A stretch of 64,000 nt of DNA from Flavobacteriales bacterium UBA7468 (GTDB lineage Bacteria > Bacteroidota > Bacteroidia > Flavobacteriales_D > Crocinitomicaceae): positions 11,700 through 75,699 of the forward strand of contig DLPC01000016.1 of the NCBI GenBank assembly GCA_002478565.1, written 5' to 3'. The notes beneath the pieces are model-generated. The model did no database searches. It was not told the DNA's origin and saw only the letters and a list, made by a program, of their open reading frames with translations. The position numbers were made by a program, and so were the translations under genes. Shown here in pieces: positions 30,132 through 38,917 of the stretch (the stretch's first letter is position 1; each line of letters starts with the position of its first letter).

Positions 30132-30147
30132 ACGCAAACGATTGCGT
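30132..30147. promoter_or_regulatory. LacI-type operator identical to the 16.9-kb repeat unit
   Basis: ACGCAAACGATTGCGT is palindromic at 14 of 16 positions with a central CG. Its core CGCAAACGATTGCG is identical to 16894-16907. It lies about 30 nt upstream of the barrel-protein ATG. Confidence 0.5.
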
Positions 30148-30190
30148 CAATGTTTCAAAAAAAGACGCACAAACAACTGTTAATAATAAT

Positions 30191-31966
30191 TTAAGACAGG
30201 GTGTTTTTAGCCTCGAGCTCTTGCTGTAACTGCAATTGATACATATCAAAATAGGCTCCTTTTTGACTCAAAAGTTCGGTGTGGGATCCCGCTTCAGTGA
30301 TGCGGCCAGCAACTAAAACGATGATTTTTGTTGCATTTCGGATGGTGGAAATGCGGTGAGACACAATGATTGTGGCCCTATTTTTTGAAAAATTCTGTAG
30401 TTCTTGTAAGATAATTTCTTCAGTTTCAGTATCTACTGCGCTCAGGCAGTCGTCTAAAACGAGTAATTTGGGATTGCGCAGTAAGGCGCGAGCAATAGAA
30501 ATGCGTTGTTTTTGACCTCCGCTCAAATTGACACCTCTTTCACCAAGAATGGTATCAAAACCATGTTCAAATTCTTCGATATTGTGCAAAACGTGCGCGC
30601 TTTTACATACTGCTCTTAGTTCTTCAAGTTTTAATTGCTCGGCATTTTCTGAACCGAATTTGAGGTTGTTGGCAATCGTGTCAGAAAACAAAAATACATC
30701 TTGAGGAACTAGTGCAATTTCATTTCGGTATTGACTTAAGGAGAGTAGTCTTAAATCTTGCTCACCTATGTTTATGCATCCTGACGAAGGGTCAAAGTGC
30801 CGGGCGACTAAACTGCAAATGGTAGATTTACCGCTTCCTGTTTGGCCAACGATGGCAAGTGTTTCTCCGGGTTTCACACTGAAAGAAATATCGTGTAGTA
30901 CAGGTTGCTCGGCATTTTCATATTGAAAACCAACATGCTCAAAAACAATACCTTGCTCGAGTAGAGGAGTAAGGGTTTGATCGTCTTTGATTTTTGGTTT
31001 GGTTTGCAAAAATTCGTTGATACGCTGCTGAGATGCTGCGGCGCGCTGAATGATTGATGAAATCCAGCCAAGACTTGCAAAGGGCCATGTCAAGTTCGTG
31101 ACATACATAATGAATGCTACAATACCACCAACGGTCATTTTCTTTTCAAAGGTGAGTAGTCCTCCATAGTAAATGGCGATCATGGAGCTGAGTCCGATCA
31201 AAAAGATGATAGTCGGGCTAAAAAAAGCATTGACTAAAACCAAACGCATGCTTTGTTTTTTATAGCGCTCAGCAGATTCACTCACTTTATCAGCTACTTG
31301 TTGTTCGCGTTGATAAGCCTTGATAATGCGAATTCCAGAGAATGATTCTTGGGCTAAAGTACTCAAGAAAGATTGTTCTTTTTGAACTTCAAGGCTCATT
31401 TTGTTCATAGTAGAAGAGACCTTGTAGATCAGAATAGACATAATGGGAAGTGGGATAAGGACGTAAAAAGTTAGACTCGGAGAAATACTAACCATTTTGG
31501 TAACAATCAAAATAAAAGAAACCACTAGGTTTATGGTATACATGATGCCAGGCCCAGCATACATGCGCACCAAACCGACATCTTCAGAAATGCGGTTCAT
31601 GAGGTCACCGGTGGCATTCTTTTTATAGAAACTTTGGTCTAGTACCTGGTATTTGTTGTAGATTTCGTTTTTGAGGTCGTACTCGATGAATCGAGACATA
31701 ACAATGATAGTCTGGCGCATTAAAAAAAGAAAGAAACCTTTTAGTAATGAAAATCCCATGTATATGCCACCAAGTTCAAGGGCAAGATAGAGGTAGTCTG
31801 TTTTGGTTTGAAGGCTGAGATTACTTTGAAAGCGGTCTATGGATTCACTAAAAAATGCAGGCATCTGAACGCCAAAATAGTTGCTGATGACCGTAAACAA
31901 GATGCCAAGTAGAAAGCGCCATTTGTACTTCTTAAAGTATTTATTGATGTATCGAAGGGACTTCAT
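30191..31966 (-). CDS. ABC transporter, fused permease/ATP-binding protein (MsbA/multidrug exporter type)
   Basis: 591-aa ORF with six N-terminal TM segments, Walker A GQTGSGKST, signature LSGGQKQR and Walker B LLVLDD. Confidence 0.9.
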   Translation of the reverse strand: MKSLRYINKYFKKYKWRFLLGILFTVISNYFGVQMPAFFSESIDRFQSNLSLQTKTDYLYLALELGGIYMGFSLLKGFFLFLMRQTIIVMSRFIEYDLKNEIYNKYQVLDQSFYKKNATGDLMNRISEDVGLVRMYAGPGIMYTINLVVSFILIVTKMVSISPSLTFYVLIPLPIMSILIYKVSSTMNKMSLEVQKEQSFLSTLAQESFSGIRIIKAYQREQQVADKVSESAERYKKQSMRLVLVNAFFSPTIIFLIGLSSMIAIYYGGLLTFEKKMTVGGIVAFIMYVTNLTWPFASLGWISSIIQRAAASQQRINEFLQTKPKIKDDQTLTPLLEQGIVFEHVGFQYENAEQPVLHDISFSVKPGETLAIVGQTGSGKSTICSLVARHFDPSSGCINIGEQDLRLLSLSQYRNEIALVPQDVFLFSDTIANNLKFGSENAEQLKLEELRAVCKSAHVLHNIEEFEHGFDTILGERGVNLSGGQKQRISIARALLRNPKLLVLDDCLSAVDTETEEIILQELQNFSKNRATIIVSHRISTIRNATKIIVLVAGRITEAGSHTELLSQKGAYFDMYQLQLQQELEAKNTLS

Positions 31967-31990
31967 GGTTTTTTTCTACTTTTGCCAAGC

Positions 31991-32018
31991 TATTTGACTT
32001 GCAAATTTACGTCAAATA
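31991..32018. promoter_or_regulatory. inverted repeat upstream of the leucine dehydrogenase gene
   Basis: TATTTGAC (31991-31998) and GTCAAATA (32011-32018) form a perfect 8-bp inverted repeat with a 12-bp spacer, 31 nt before the ATG. Confidence 0.3.
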
Positions 32019-32048
32019 AGAATTAGTGAACGAACTCATTTCAAAAAC

Positions 32049-33140
32049 ATGTCTGAATTGACAATATCTCCGTTGGTTGATTCCTCCTTGAATCCCATTC
32101 TTCAACCCATGGCTGCCATGGGGCACGAACAAATATTATTTTGTAACGACAAAGCAACTGGATTAAAAGCAATCATTGCCGTACACAACACCGTACTCGG
32201 ACCAGCCTTAGGCGGAACACGTATGTGGATGTATCAAAATGAGCAAGAGGCTTTGACCGACGTATTGCGTCTTTCACGTGGTATGACCTACAAGAACGCC
32301 ATTTCAAATTTGAATTTAGGTGGTGGTAAAGCAGTGATCATCGGTGACTCCAAAACCATGAAATCAGAAGCCTTATTCAGAAGATTTGGTCGCTTTGTCA
32401 ATGCTTTGGCAGGGTCGTATATCACAGCTGAAGATGTTGGTATTTCACCTGAAGATATGGTGCACGTAAGCAAAGAAACGAATTACGTGGTGGGTTTACC
32501 CGGAAAAAGTGGAGACCCATCGCCGGTTACAGCTTTTGGTGTCTACATGGGTATGAAAGCTGCTGCAAAACACCAATTTGGTTCTGATAGTTTGACAGGG
32601 AAAAAAATCGCTGTTCAAGGAATTGGTCATGTGGGTGCCTATCTAGTAGGTCATTTAGTGGCAGAAGGCGCTGATGTTACCATTACAGATATCAACCAAG
32701 AGGCGCTCAAGAAATTAAGTGCTCAACACGGTGTAAAAGTAGTAGCGCCTGAACTCATTTACGGCATCGATATGGATATTTATGCACCTTGCGCACTTGG
32801 TGCTACCGTAAATGATGCTACTTTAGAACAACTAAAGTGTTCGGTTATTGCCGGTGCTGCCAATAATCAATTGAAGGAAGAGGCCAAGCATGGGCAAATT
32901 TTAATGGACCGCGGCATTATCTATGCACCAGACTACGCGCTCAATGCGGGCGGTGTGATCAACTGTTTCTCTGAGGTTGAAGGTTTGTCTTTAGAATGGG
33001 CCAAGCAAAAAGCTGAAGAAATTTACACTACCATTGATAACATTTTAGCTCGTTCTAAACAAGAGGGCTTGCCGAGTTATCAGGTAGCCAATCGCATGGC
33101 CGAAGAACGCGTACAATCTAAAGGCAGTCTTAACATCTAA
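32049..33140 (+). CDS. Leu/Phe/Val dehydrogenase (leucine dehydrogenase-like)
   Basis: 363-aa ORF with the GGTRMW and KNAISNLNLGGGKAVI catalytic-Lys blocks and Rossmann motif VQGIGHVG. Confidence 0.85.
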   Translation: MSELTISPLVDSSLNPILQPMAAMGHEQILFCNDKATGLKAIIAVHNTVLGPALGGTRMWMYQNEQEALTDVLRLSRGMTYKNAISNLNLGGGKAVIIGDSKTMKSEALFRRFGRFVNALAGSYITAEDVGISPEDMVHVSKETNYVVGLPGKSGDPSPVTAFGVYMGMKAAAKHQFGSDSLTGKKIAVQGIGHVGAYLVGHLVAEGADVTITDINQEALKKLSAQHGVKVVAPELIYGIDMDIYAPCALGATVNDATLEQLKCSVIAGAANNQLKEEAKHGQILMDRGIIYAPDYALNAGGVINCFSEVEGLSLEWAKQKAEEIYTTIDNILARSKQEGLPSYQVANRMAEERVQSKGSLNI

Positions 33141-33142
33141 TT

Positions 33143-34090
33143 ATGCTCAATAGAAGACATTTAAGAATAAAGGTACTTCAGGCACTATATGCCTATTTTC
33201 AAAGTTCTGATTCGGACAGATCCAAGGCGGAAAAAGAGCTTTTGCTTTCCATCGAAAGGATGTACGACATGTATCTGTACTTATTGTTGGCACTACCTGA
33301 AATGAAACGTGCCGCTCAAAACAGACAAGCTGAGCTCAAGAAAAAAATGCGCCCGACACCCGAAGAACTCAATCCAAACATGAAATGGGTGGACAACGCG
33401 TTGGTTGCTGCAATAGAAGCCTCTAGTTCATTGTATAAAATATCAGAACAAAGAAAGGTCAATTGGTTAGGGGCAGAAAATCAAGAAATTTTCAGAAAAA
33501 TGCACCTCAATTTACAAGAATCGGAGGTCTATTTTGAGCACATGCATAATGGTCAACAGGGTATTGAGGAAGACATGAGTTTTGCACTGCAAGTTTTCAA
33601 ACTAGAGATTGCCAATTCAACCCTTATTCAAAACTTTTTTGACGAAAAATCGATCTATTGGGCCGATGACCTCGATTTGTGTGCATCAATGGCTATTAAA
33701 ACCATGAAATCTTGGAAGCCAGGTGCCGATTTTGAAATCATGCCGCTGTTCAAGGAAAATGACGACGAACGCGATTACATCTTGACCCTATTGCATGAAA
33801 CCATCAAGCAAGATGCAGCGCATGAAAGCGATATTTTAGCCTTGGCTGACAACTGGGAGCTCGATCGCATTGCCAAAATGGATATGTTGTTGCTTAAAAT
33901 GGGTCTAACAGAGTTGCAGTCTTGCCCGAGCATTCCAACGAAAGTGACGCTCAATGAATATATTGAAATCTCTAAGTTTTACAGCACGCCTAAAAGCAAT
34001 GTTTTTATCAATGGCATCCTTGACAAGGCTATTGAAAAATTGAGTAGCGAAAAACGCATACAAAAGTCGGGTAGGGGTTTATTGAATTAG
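33143..34090 (+). CDS. nusB: transcription antitermination factor NusB (long bacteroidetal form)
   Basis: 315-aa ORF starting MLNRRHLRIKVLQALYAYF. The NusB core lies in the C-terminal part (NEYIEISKFYSTPKSNVFINGILD). Confidence 0.85.
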   Translation: MLNRRHLRIKVLQALYAYFQSSDSDRSKAEKELLLSIERMYDMYLYLLLALPEMKRAAQNRQAELKKKMRPTPEELNPNMKWVDNALVAAIEASSSLYKISEQRKVNWLGAENQEIFRKMHLNLQESEVYFEHMHNGQQGIEEDMSFALQVFKLEIANSTLIQNFFDEKSIYWADDLDLCASMAIKTMKSWKPGADFEIMPLFKENDDERDYILTLLHETIKQDAAHESDILALADNWELDRIAKMDMLLLKMGLTELQSCPSIPTKVTLNEYIEISKFYSTPKSNVFINGILDKAIEKLSSEKRIQKSGRGLLN

Positions 34091-34112
34091 GATTTATCAA
34101 AAAACAACACTC

Positions 34113-34514
34113 ATGAAAATTATTCAATCATTTTTGTTAGCAGGTTATTTCCTTTTCGGACTGACTGCCTGCAAAAACAATTCAGAAATCGAAGTTGGTC
34201 AAGCTACCACCATGGAAATTCCAAAGAGAATATTTCAGGCTGGAACGGTGATGAAAGGTGAGCGCATTAAGGCCACGTTTAAGGTGATCAATACCGGTGC
34301 TTATCCATTGGTTTTTGGTGAAATCAAGCCTTCTTGTTCCTGCACAGTTGTCGACAAACCTGAGAAGCCAATTCCACCGGGCAAGTCTACGATTATTCGT
34401 GCTGAAATCAATACTGACGAACTGCACACCAAGAACATTCACAAGGCGGTCACACTCATGACCAATACGGAGCCGAATATTAACGTACTTGAAATAAAAG
34501 GTCGAATAAAATAA
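34113..34514 (+). CDS. DUF1573 domain-containing lipoprotein
   Basis: 133-aa ORF with lipobox LTAC. FKVINTGAYPLVFGEIKPSCSCTV matches the DUF1573 core. Confidence 0.75.
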   Translation: MKIIQSFLLAGYFLFGLTACKNNSEIEVGQATTMEIPKRIFQAGTVMKGERIKATFKVINTGAYPLVFGEIKPSCSCTVVDKPEKPIPPGKSTIIRAEINTDELHTKNIHKAVTLMTNTEPNINVLEIKGRIK

Positions 34515-34544
34515 CTACATTTGTAGGCAAAATTTAAAAGAACT

Positions 34545-34820
34545 ATGGGAGCAGGTGCGAATCAGTTGGTGATGATTGTCTTAATGATCGGAGTATTTTA
34601 CTTCTTCATGATCAGACCACAAATGAAAAAGCAAAAGGAATTAAAGAAGTTTCGTGAAGCATTAAAACCCGGTGACAAAGTCGTTACGATCGGCGGTATT
34701 CACGGTAAAATCCTCGAAATCTCAGATGCTACCGTATTGATCCAATCAGAAGGAACAAAAATCAGACTTGACAAAGCAGCAATATCTTCTTCAATGGAAG
34801 ATACGCTACAAGCAAAATAA
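34545..34820 (+). CDS. yajC: preprotein translocase subunit YajC
   Basis: 91-aa ORF with a single TM, then RPQMKKQKE...[14 protein letters not shown], the YajC signature. Confidence 0.9.
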   Translation: MGAGANQLVMIVLMIGVFYFFMIRPQMKKQKELKKFREALKPGDKVVTIGGIHGKILEISDATVLIQSEGTKIRLDKAAISSSMEDTLQAK

Positions 34821-34825
34821 TTTTT

Positions 34826-34899
34826 GGGGATGTAGCTCAGTTGGCTAGAGCGCTTGACTGGCAGTCAAGAGGTCGTGGGTTCGAATCCCATCTTCTCCA
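34826..34899 (+). tRNA. tRNA-Ala (anticodon GGC)
   Basis: Folded by hand into a cloverleaf. Acceptor GGGGATG/CTTCTCC carries the G3:U70 alanine identity pair. D arm is GCTC-AGTTGGCTA-GAGC. Anticodon arm is CTTGA-CTGGCAG-TCAAG. T arm is GTGGG-TTCGAAT-CCCAT. Discriminator is A, and CCA is not encoded. Confidence 0.9.
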
Positions 34900-34925
34900 C
34901 TGGAAGATTGTCCAAAACAGTCCAA

Positions 34926-34958
34926 AGCGTGTAAATCAAGCATTTACACGCTTTTTTG
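34926..34958 (+). terminator. rho-independent terminator after the tRNA
   Basis: AGCGTGTAAAT (34926-34936) pairs with ATTTACACGCT (34942-34952), followed by TTTTTT. Confidence 0.7.
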
Positions 34959-35014
34959 TTTTTAAAAACAGTCTAGTAAAGTCTAGGGTTGTAGAGCAGC
35001 TTGGTTTCTTAGCG

Positions 35015-35046
35015 GGTTTCCTTTTTGAAACTGAAAAAAGGAAACC
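35015..35046. repeat. perfect 12-bp-stem inverted repeat upstream of the integrase
   Basis: GGTTTCCTTTTT (35015-35026) pairs with AAAAAGGAAACC (35035-35046). An outer arm GCTTGGTTTC (34999-35008) can alternatively pair with GAAACCAAGC (35041-35050). Confidence 0.6.
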
Positions 35047-35170
35047 AAGCAGTTAGACGCTAATAGACATAATAAGACTGAAAAACAATGAGTTATGCTT
35101 CGTTTTTACCTTTTGGAAATGTAATTTTGTAACAATAAAAGGGGGGCACAATGTAAAAAATAGTGCCAAA

Positions 35171-36433
35171 ATGTCGTCAAGTCAGAAAGCAAGCTTCTCG
35201 TTGATCTTCTATATCAGCAGAACAAAAGCAAAAAAGAACGGTGAAGTTCCTGTTCTCATGAAGATCAATATCAACGGAAATCGCGTTGTTATGAATCTTC
35301 AAAGAAGTATAAATCCCAATGATTGGGATTCCGCAAGGGCGAGAGCCTTGGGGCGAACAAATGAAGCTCGTATACTCAACGAGTACCTGGAAACAATTCG
35401 CGTAAAAGCGCATAAAAAATTCACAGAATTATTGCCGTATACCGATGAGGTTACACCTCAAATGCTTCGTGATGCCATTCTTGGTGTAAAGTCGGCTAAG
35501 TCAAAACAAATCATTGATATATGGCAGGACTACGTTGCAGATCTTTTCAAATTAATAGGGAAGGAGGTAACCAGGGCAACCTACCAGAAACATTCAAGGG
35601 CCATGCGCTACTTTGAGGAATTCTTGAAGAAAAAGTATCAGGCCCCAGATGTGTCGATTAAATCGGTCAATTATCAGATGATTCAGCAATTCAGCATCTT
35701 TTTGAAGACGGACAAGGAATGTAATCACAATACCACTATTAAGTTCCTTCAAAACCTCAAAACAGTTACAAGATTGAGCATTCGAAGTGGCTGGTTACTC
35801 AAAGATCCATTTAATGGCATTAGCCTCACTTTAAAGGAAGTTGACAGGCCATACCTCTCACACGAGGAGATCGAGCGTCTGATCGCGTTTAATTCGCCAT
35901 TTGACCGCTTGAACCGTGTCCGAGACTTCTTCGTATTCTCTTGTTTCACAGGATTGGCTTATATCGATGTGAGTAAGCTCAAAAGATCCGAGATAGAGGG
36001 TAATGAAGAAAGCGGATTTTGGATCAGGACCAGAAGACAAAAAACGGGTGGCAGGGCAAATATTCCCTTACTCGATATTCCGATGAGTATCATTAATAAT
36101 TATAGCCGCTTGGAACTATTGAGAGCTAATGACCCAATTCTACCCATCCTTAGTAATCAGAAAATGAATGCCTACCTCAAAGAATTGGCAGATTTATGTG
36201 GAATTGAAAAACAACTCTCGTTTCACGTTGCACGCCACACCTTTGCAACAACTGTAACCATGATGAACGGAGTTCCAATTGAGACTGTCTTCAAAATGCT
36301 GGGGCACAAAAACCTTCAAAGCACCCAACATTACGCCAGAATTGTCGACAAGAAAGTAGGGGATGACATGAAATTACTTGCCGCCAAACTGAATGGAATG
36401 GGCGCCATCAATTTTGCTTCCGCACCAGTTTAA
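35171..36433 (+). CDS. site-specific tyrosine recombinase/integrase (Bacteroidetes type, N-terminal arm-binding domain)
   Basis: 420-aa ORF. N-terminus FSLIFYISRTKAKKNGEVPVLMKININGNR is the typical arm-binding domain. Catalytic blocks HVARHTFAT and LGHKNLQSTQHYARI are present. Confidence 0.9.
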   Translation: MSSSQKASFSLIFYISRTKAKKNGEVPVLMKININGNRVVMNLQRSINPNDWDSARARALGRTNEARILNEYLETIRVKAHKKFTELLPYTDEVTPQMLRDAILGVKSAKSKQIIDIWQDYVADLFKLIGKEVTRATYQKHSRAMRYFEEFLKKKYQAPDVSIKSVNYQMIQQFSIFLKTDKECNHNTTIKFLQNLKTVTRLSIRSGWLLKDPFNGISLTLKEVDRPYLSHEEIERLIAFNSPFDRLNRVRDFFVFSCFTGLAYIDVSKLKRSEIEGNEESGFWIRTRRQKTGGRANIPLLDIPMSIINNYSRLELLRANDPILPILSNQKMNAYLKELADLCGIEKQLSFHVARHTFATTVTMMNGVPIETVFKMLGHKNLQSTQHYARIVDKKVGDDMKLLAAKLNGMGAINFASAPV

Positions 36434-36443
36434 AACTATAAAT

Positions 36444-36668
36444 ATGAGTAATGAATCTTTCAAAGTGCGGGCTTACGGCTTCGGTGAGCTCGCACAACTT
36501 TATTTTCCAACGATCACAAAGAAAAGTGCCAGTGCTCAGCTCAGACGCTGGATCAAGTTCAGTAAGAACATCCAGCAAAAACTACAAGATTTGGATTACG
36601 AACCTGGAAGAAGAATCCTTACTCCAGCTCATGTGAAGGTATTGATTGATGAGTTTGGGGAGCCGTGA
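36444..36668 (+). CDS. DUF4248 domain-containing protein
   Basis: ATG at 36444 (74 aa). YGFGELAQLYFP...SASAQLRRWI...LTPAHVKVLIDEFGEP matches the DUF4248 pattern that commonly follows bacteroidetal integrases. Confidence 0.6.
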   Translation: MSNESFKVRAYGFGELAQLYFPTITKKSASAQLRRWIKFSKNIQQKLQDLDYEPGRRILTPAHVKVLIDEFGEP

Positions 36669-36705
36669 TGTTTAGTATAATCGGGGTTGAAAAAGAATAA
36701 AAAAT

Positions 36706-36719
36706 TAGAACTAGTTCTA
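36706..36719. promoter_or_regulatory. perfect 14-bp palindrome upstream of the 167-aa orphan gene
   Basis: TAGAACTAGTTCTA is its own reverse complement. It lies 92 nt upstream of the ATG at 36811. Confidence 0.3.
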
Positions 36720-36810
36720 GAAATAATATCGCTGTTATTTAGTTCGAGAAAGTGATTGAAATTTTAATTGTTTTTTTGAATACTTTAATCGTTCTTTTAA
36801 GTCAACTAAA

Positions 36811-37314
36811 ATGAACCAGTCAAAATTGATTACTTACAATCTAGATTTTATTCTACTTCAAATTCAACAATCTTCCATTCACAATAAGAAAGAATTAATC
36901 AAATGGCGGGATAACTTGGCTGTTTATAAAAGATTATGGCATTATATTTCTGAACCTGATAGTATCGAATCCTTGGCACGAGATGTTTATAAAGAAATTC
37001 AAGCTTTTATCTTTATGTGTGAATCGAATGATGATGCACATAAGGCTATTGTTGCATATACTGATAATACTGTTGAAAAGAATAAGTGGATGATTAAATA
37101 TGACCCGCTTTATCAGACCCTTTTTTCAAGTTTCTTCGATTACTTCGATGTTTACGTTTTGGATCAAACTTCATCAAAGGTTATAATTCCAATTAAGGAT
37201 AATAAATTTTTTCAATTGAATCGTCAACCTAAAATTATTAGAACGTACAATTGTTTGCAATCCGAAATGATTAATTCAATTAATTTTCTTGAATTGTATT
37301 GGGACAGTATTTAA
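36811..37314 (+). CDS. hypothetical protein (167 aa), no recognisable family
   Basis: ATG-initiated ORF in a very AT-rich patch of the island, convergent with the HEPN-motif gene. Confidence 0.5.
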   Translation: MNQSKLITYNLDFILLQIQQSSIHNKKELIKWRDNLAVYKRLWHYISEPDSIESLARDVYKEIQAFIFMCESNDDAHKAIVAYTDNTVEKNKWMIKYDPLYQTLFSSFFDYFDVYVLDQTSSKVIIPIKDNKFFQLNRQPKIIRTYNCLQSEMINSINFLELYWDSI

Positions 37315-37490
37315 AATAAATATATAAGTTTCCTCAGGACGGTTTTAAAACATTAATCAATTTTTCGGTCACCCTAAAATAAATGTTTTCATAAAAACTG
37401 TAAAGTTATTTTCCTGATAATTGTGAAACATTAAAATGTTGGAGACAAAAAATGGTTTTTGATGAAACAGATTTTTAATAAGTGGATAGG

Positions 37491-37940
37491 TTACTTTTTC
37501 AAATCTTTGACCATTTTTTCTGGAGGATTATGGAATTGCTTTCCATCCTCTATTGATGAGCCTTTGTAGCCAATTATATTGATGATGATTTTGCGTAGTA
37601 ATTCATCCATTAATTCAAAGTCCTCAATTGCTTCATTTAAATTACCAATTTCTCCTCTATGAATGATGGCATTTCTTTTATCAAGCAAATTTGAAATTTT
37701 GTCTGAAATTTCAATTCCGACTCCCTCAATTAAATTTTTAAATTTCACCCTGCTCGAATTACGTTTTGCAATATTAAGTTCACCCAATCTACTTTTTAGA
37801 ATATCATAATTTTTCTTTTCAATTTTTCCTTCGAGCTTTTTTAATGTATTAAATAAATTCTTTGATACATATTTAAATATTTTTTCAGGAATAATATTTA
37901 GACAAATTTTATTCAGTGAATCAGCATAACTGCTGCTCAA
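37491..37940 (-). CDS. HEPN-motif protein (putative RNase-type toxin/abortive-infection module)
   Basis: 149-aa ORF, predicted all-helical, with LLDKRNAIIHRGE (the R-x4-H HEPN signature) in the C-terminal third. The only upstream start is a TTG at 37940. No ATG precedes the motif. Confidence 0.45.
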   Translation of the reverse strand: MSSSYADSLNKICLNIIPEKIFKYVSKNLFNTLKKLEGKIEKKNYDILKSRLGELNIAKRNSSRVKFKNLIEGVGIEISDKISNLLDKRNAIIHRGEIGNLNEAIEDFELMDELLRKIIINIIGYKGSSIEDGKQFHNPPEKMVKDLKK

Positions 37941-37945
37941 TCTTT

Positions 37946-38497
37946 CTAAAAGAATTGTTTGAATAAATATTTTATCACTCTAGCGGAGATTTGATTAGCA
38001 TTAATCGGATCTCCGCTTTTTATTTCCTTCAATATTTCTGAAAAACAACGAGTTAGCTCTAACAATATGTTCGTTCGAAAAGTTAGAACTCGGCCATTTT
38101 GCTTGTCATAAGTGAATCCGTTCGGAAACAAGATATGTTGAAGTTTATGCTTTCCAAAGACATCCGCAGATTCCCATAAAACACTGAGCTTACGGGCAAT
38201 TTCTAGCCCATTTTTAATACATTTTTTAAGGTTAGAACTCGTGAGGTGTGGGTTCGTGAGTTTTTGCTCCAATTTTGATATCTCTACTTTATATTTTTCA
38301 CTGAACTTGGTGTAGATAAGCGTATCTATTTTGCCAGTGGCGTAACGCTCCTCTATGGCATCTAAATCCTTTTTGACTTGAGTAAGTCTTGTTTTAGTTG
38401 CGGCAATTTCATTTGCATCTTCTTTTGAGAGTTCAAGAAGTTTGTATTGCATGATTTCAGGTAAGACTAGAGAAAACGGCCATGTTGACCACCCCAA
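37946..38497 (-). pseudogene. large serine recombinase, C-terminal fragment only
   Basis: The coiled-coil block (DAIEERYATGKIDTLIYTKFSEKYKVEISKLEQKL) and the tail LFPNGFTYDKQNGRVLTFRTN resemble the C-terminal region of bacteroidetal serine recombinases. The resolvase catalytic domain and zinc ribbon are absent. The first codons are read out of the IS-end repeat. Confidence 0.5.
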
Positions 38498-38621
38498 AAC
38501 GGAGTATGTTGACCAGCTATTTTCATTTGTCTAAAATCACGAATTAATAGATTCATTTCGTGATAAAAATATTACTTTTTTTCGATTAAAAAAACGATGT
38601 TCAAAGCGCCTCTTTTTTTTC

Positions 38622-38903
38622 TCATGGATTCGCCTTGTAATTCGAATCGGTGAACGTGGTGTACAAGACAGTCCATAGTGCGTCTGCGATTGTTTTTTCA
38701 TCAATAATGTCATACCATTGACTCACAGGTAATTGAGAAGTGATGATTGTAGATCCTTCGCCGTGTCGGTCTTCGATGATTTCTAAAAAGGCCATTCTAT
38801 TTTGATTATCCATGGCTTGTAAGCCAAAGTCGTCAAGAATGATGAGTTGTTGCCTTTCTATTTTAGCGATTTCTTTAAGGTAAGTCCCGTCGGATTTGGC
38901 CAT
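38622..38903 (-). pseudogene. istB: IS21 helper ATPase IstB, C-terminal fragment
   Basis: The 93-aa ORF contains Walker B LIILDDFG and the ...IIEDRHGEGSTIITSQLPVSQW block. The N-terminal half, including Walker A, is missing. Confidence 0.75.
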
Positions 38904-38917
38904 TTTGAGCTTTGCAA

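Noticed and set aside
34841-35056. 71-aa ORF on the plus strand
   Set aside because: It is read straight through the tRNA-Ala gene and its terminator. It is an artefact of the tRNA sequence.
35122-35129. Bacteroidetes -7 promoter boxes of form TAnnTTTG: TAATTTTG here, plus TATTTTTG at 24237-24244 and TATCTTTG at 60791-60798 and 7363-7370
   Set aside because: Only six bases are fixed and no properly spaced -33 TTTG was found by eye. In AT-rich intergenic DNA several such hits are expected by chance, so they are not reported as features.
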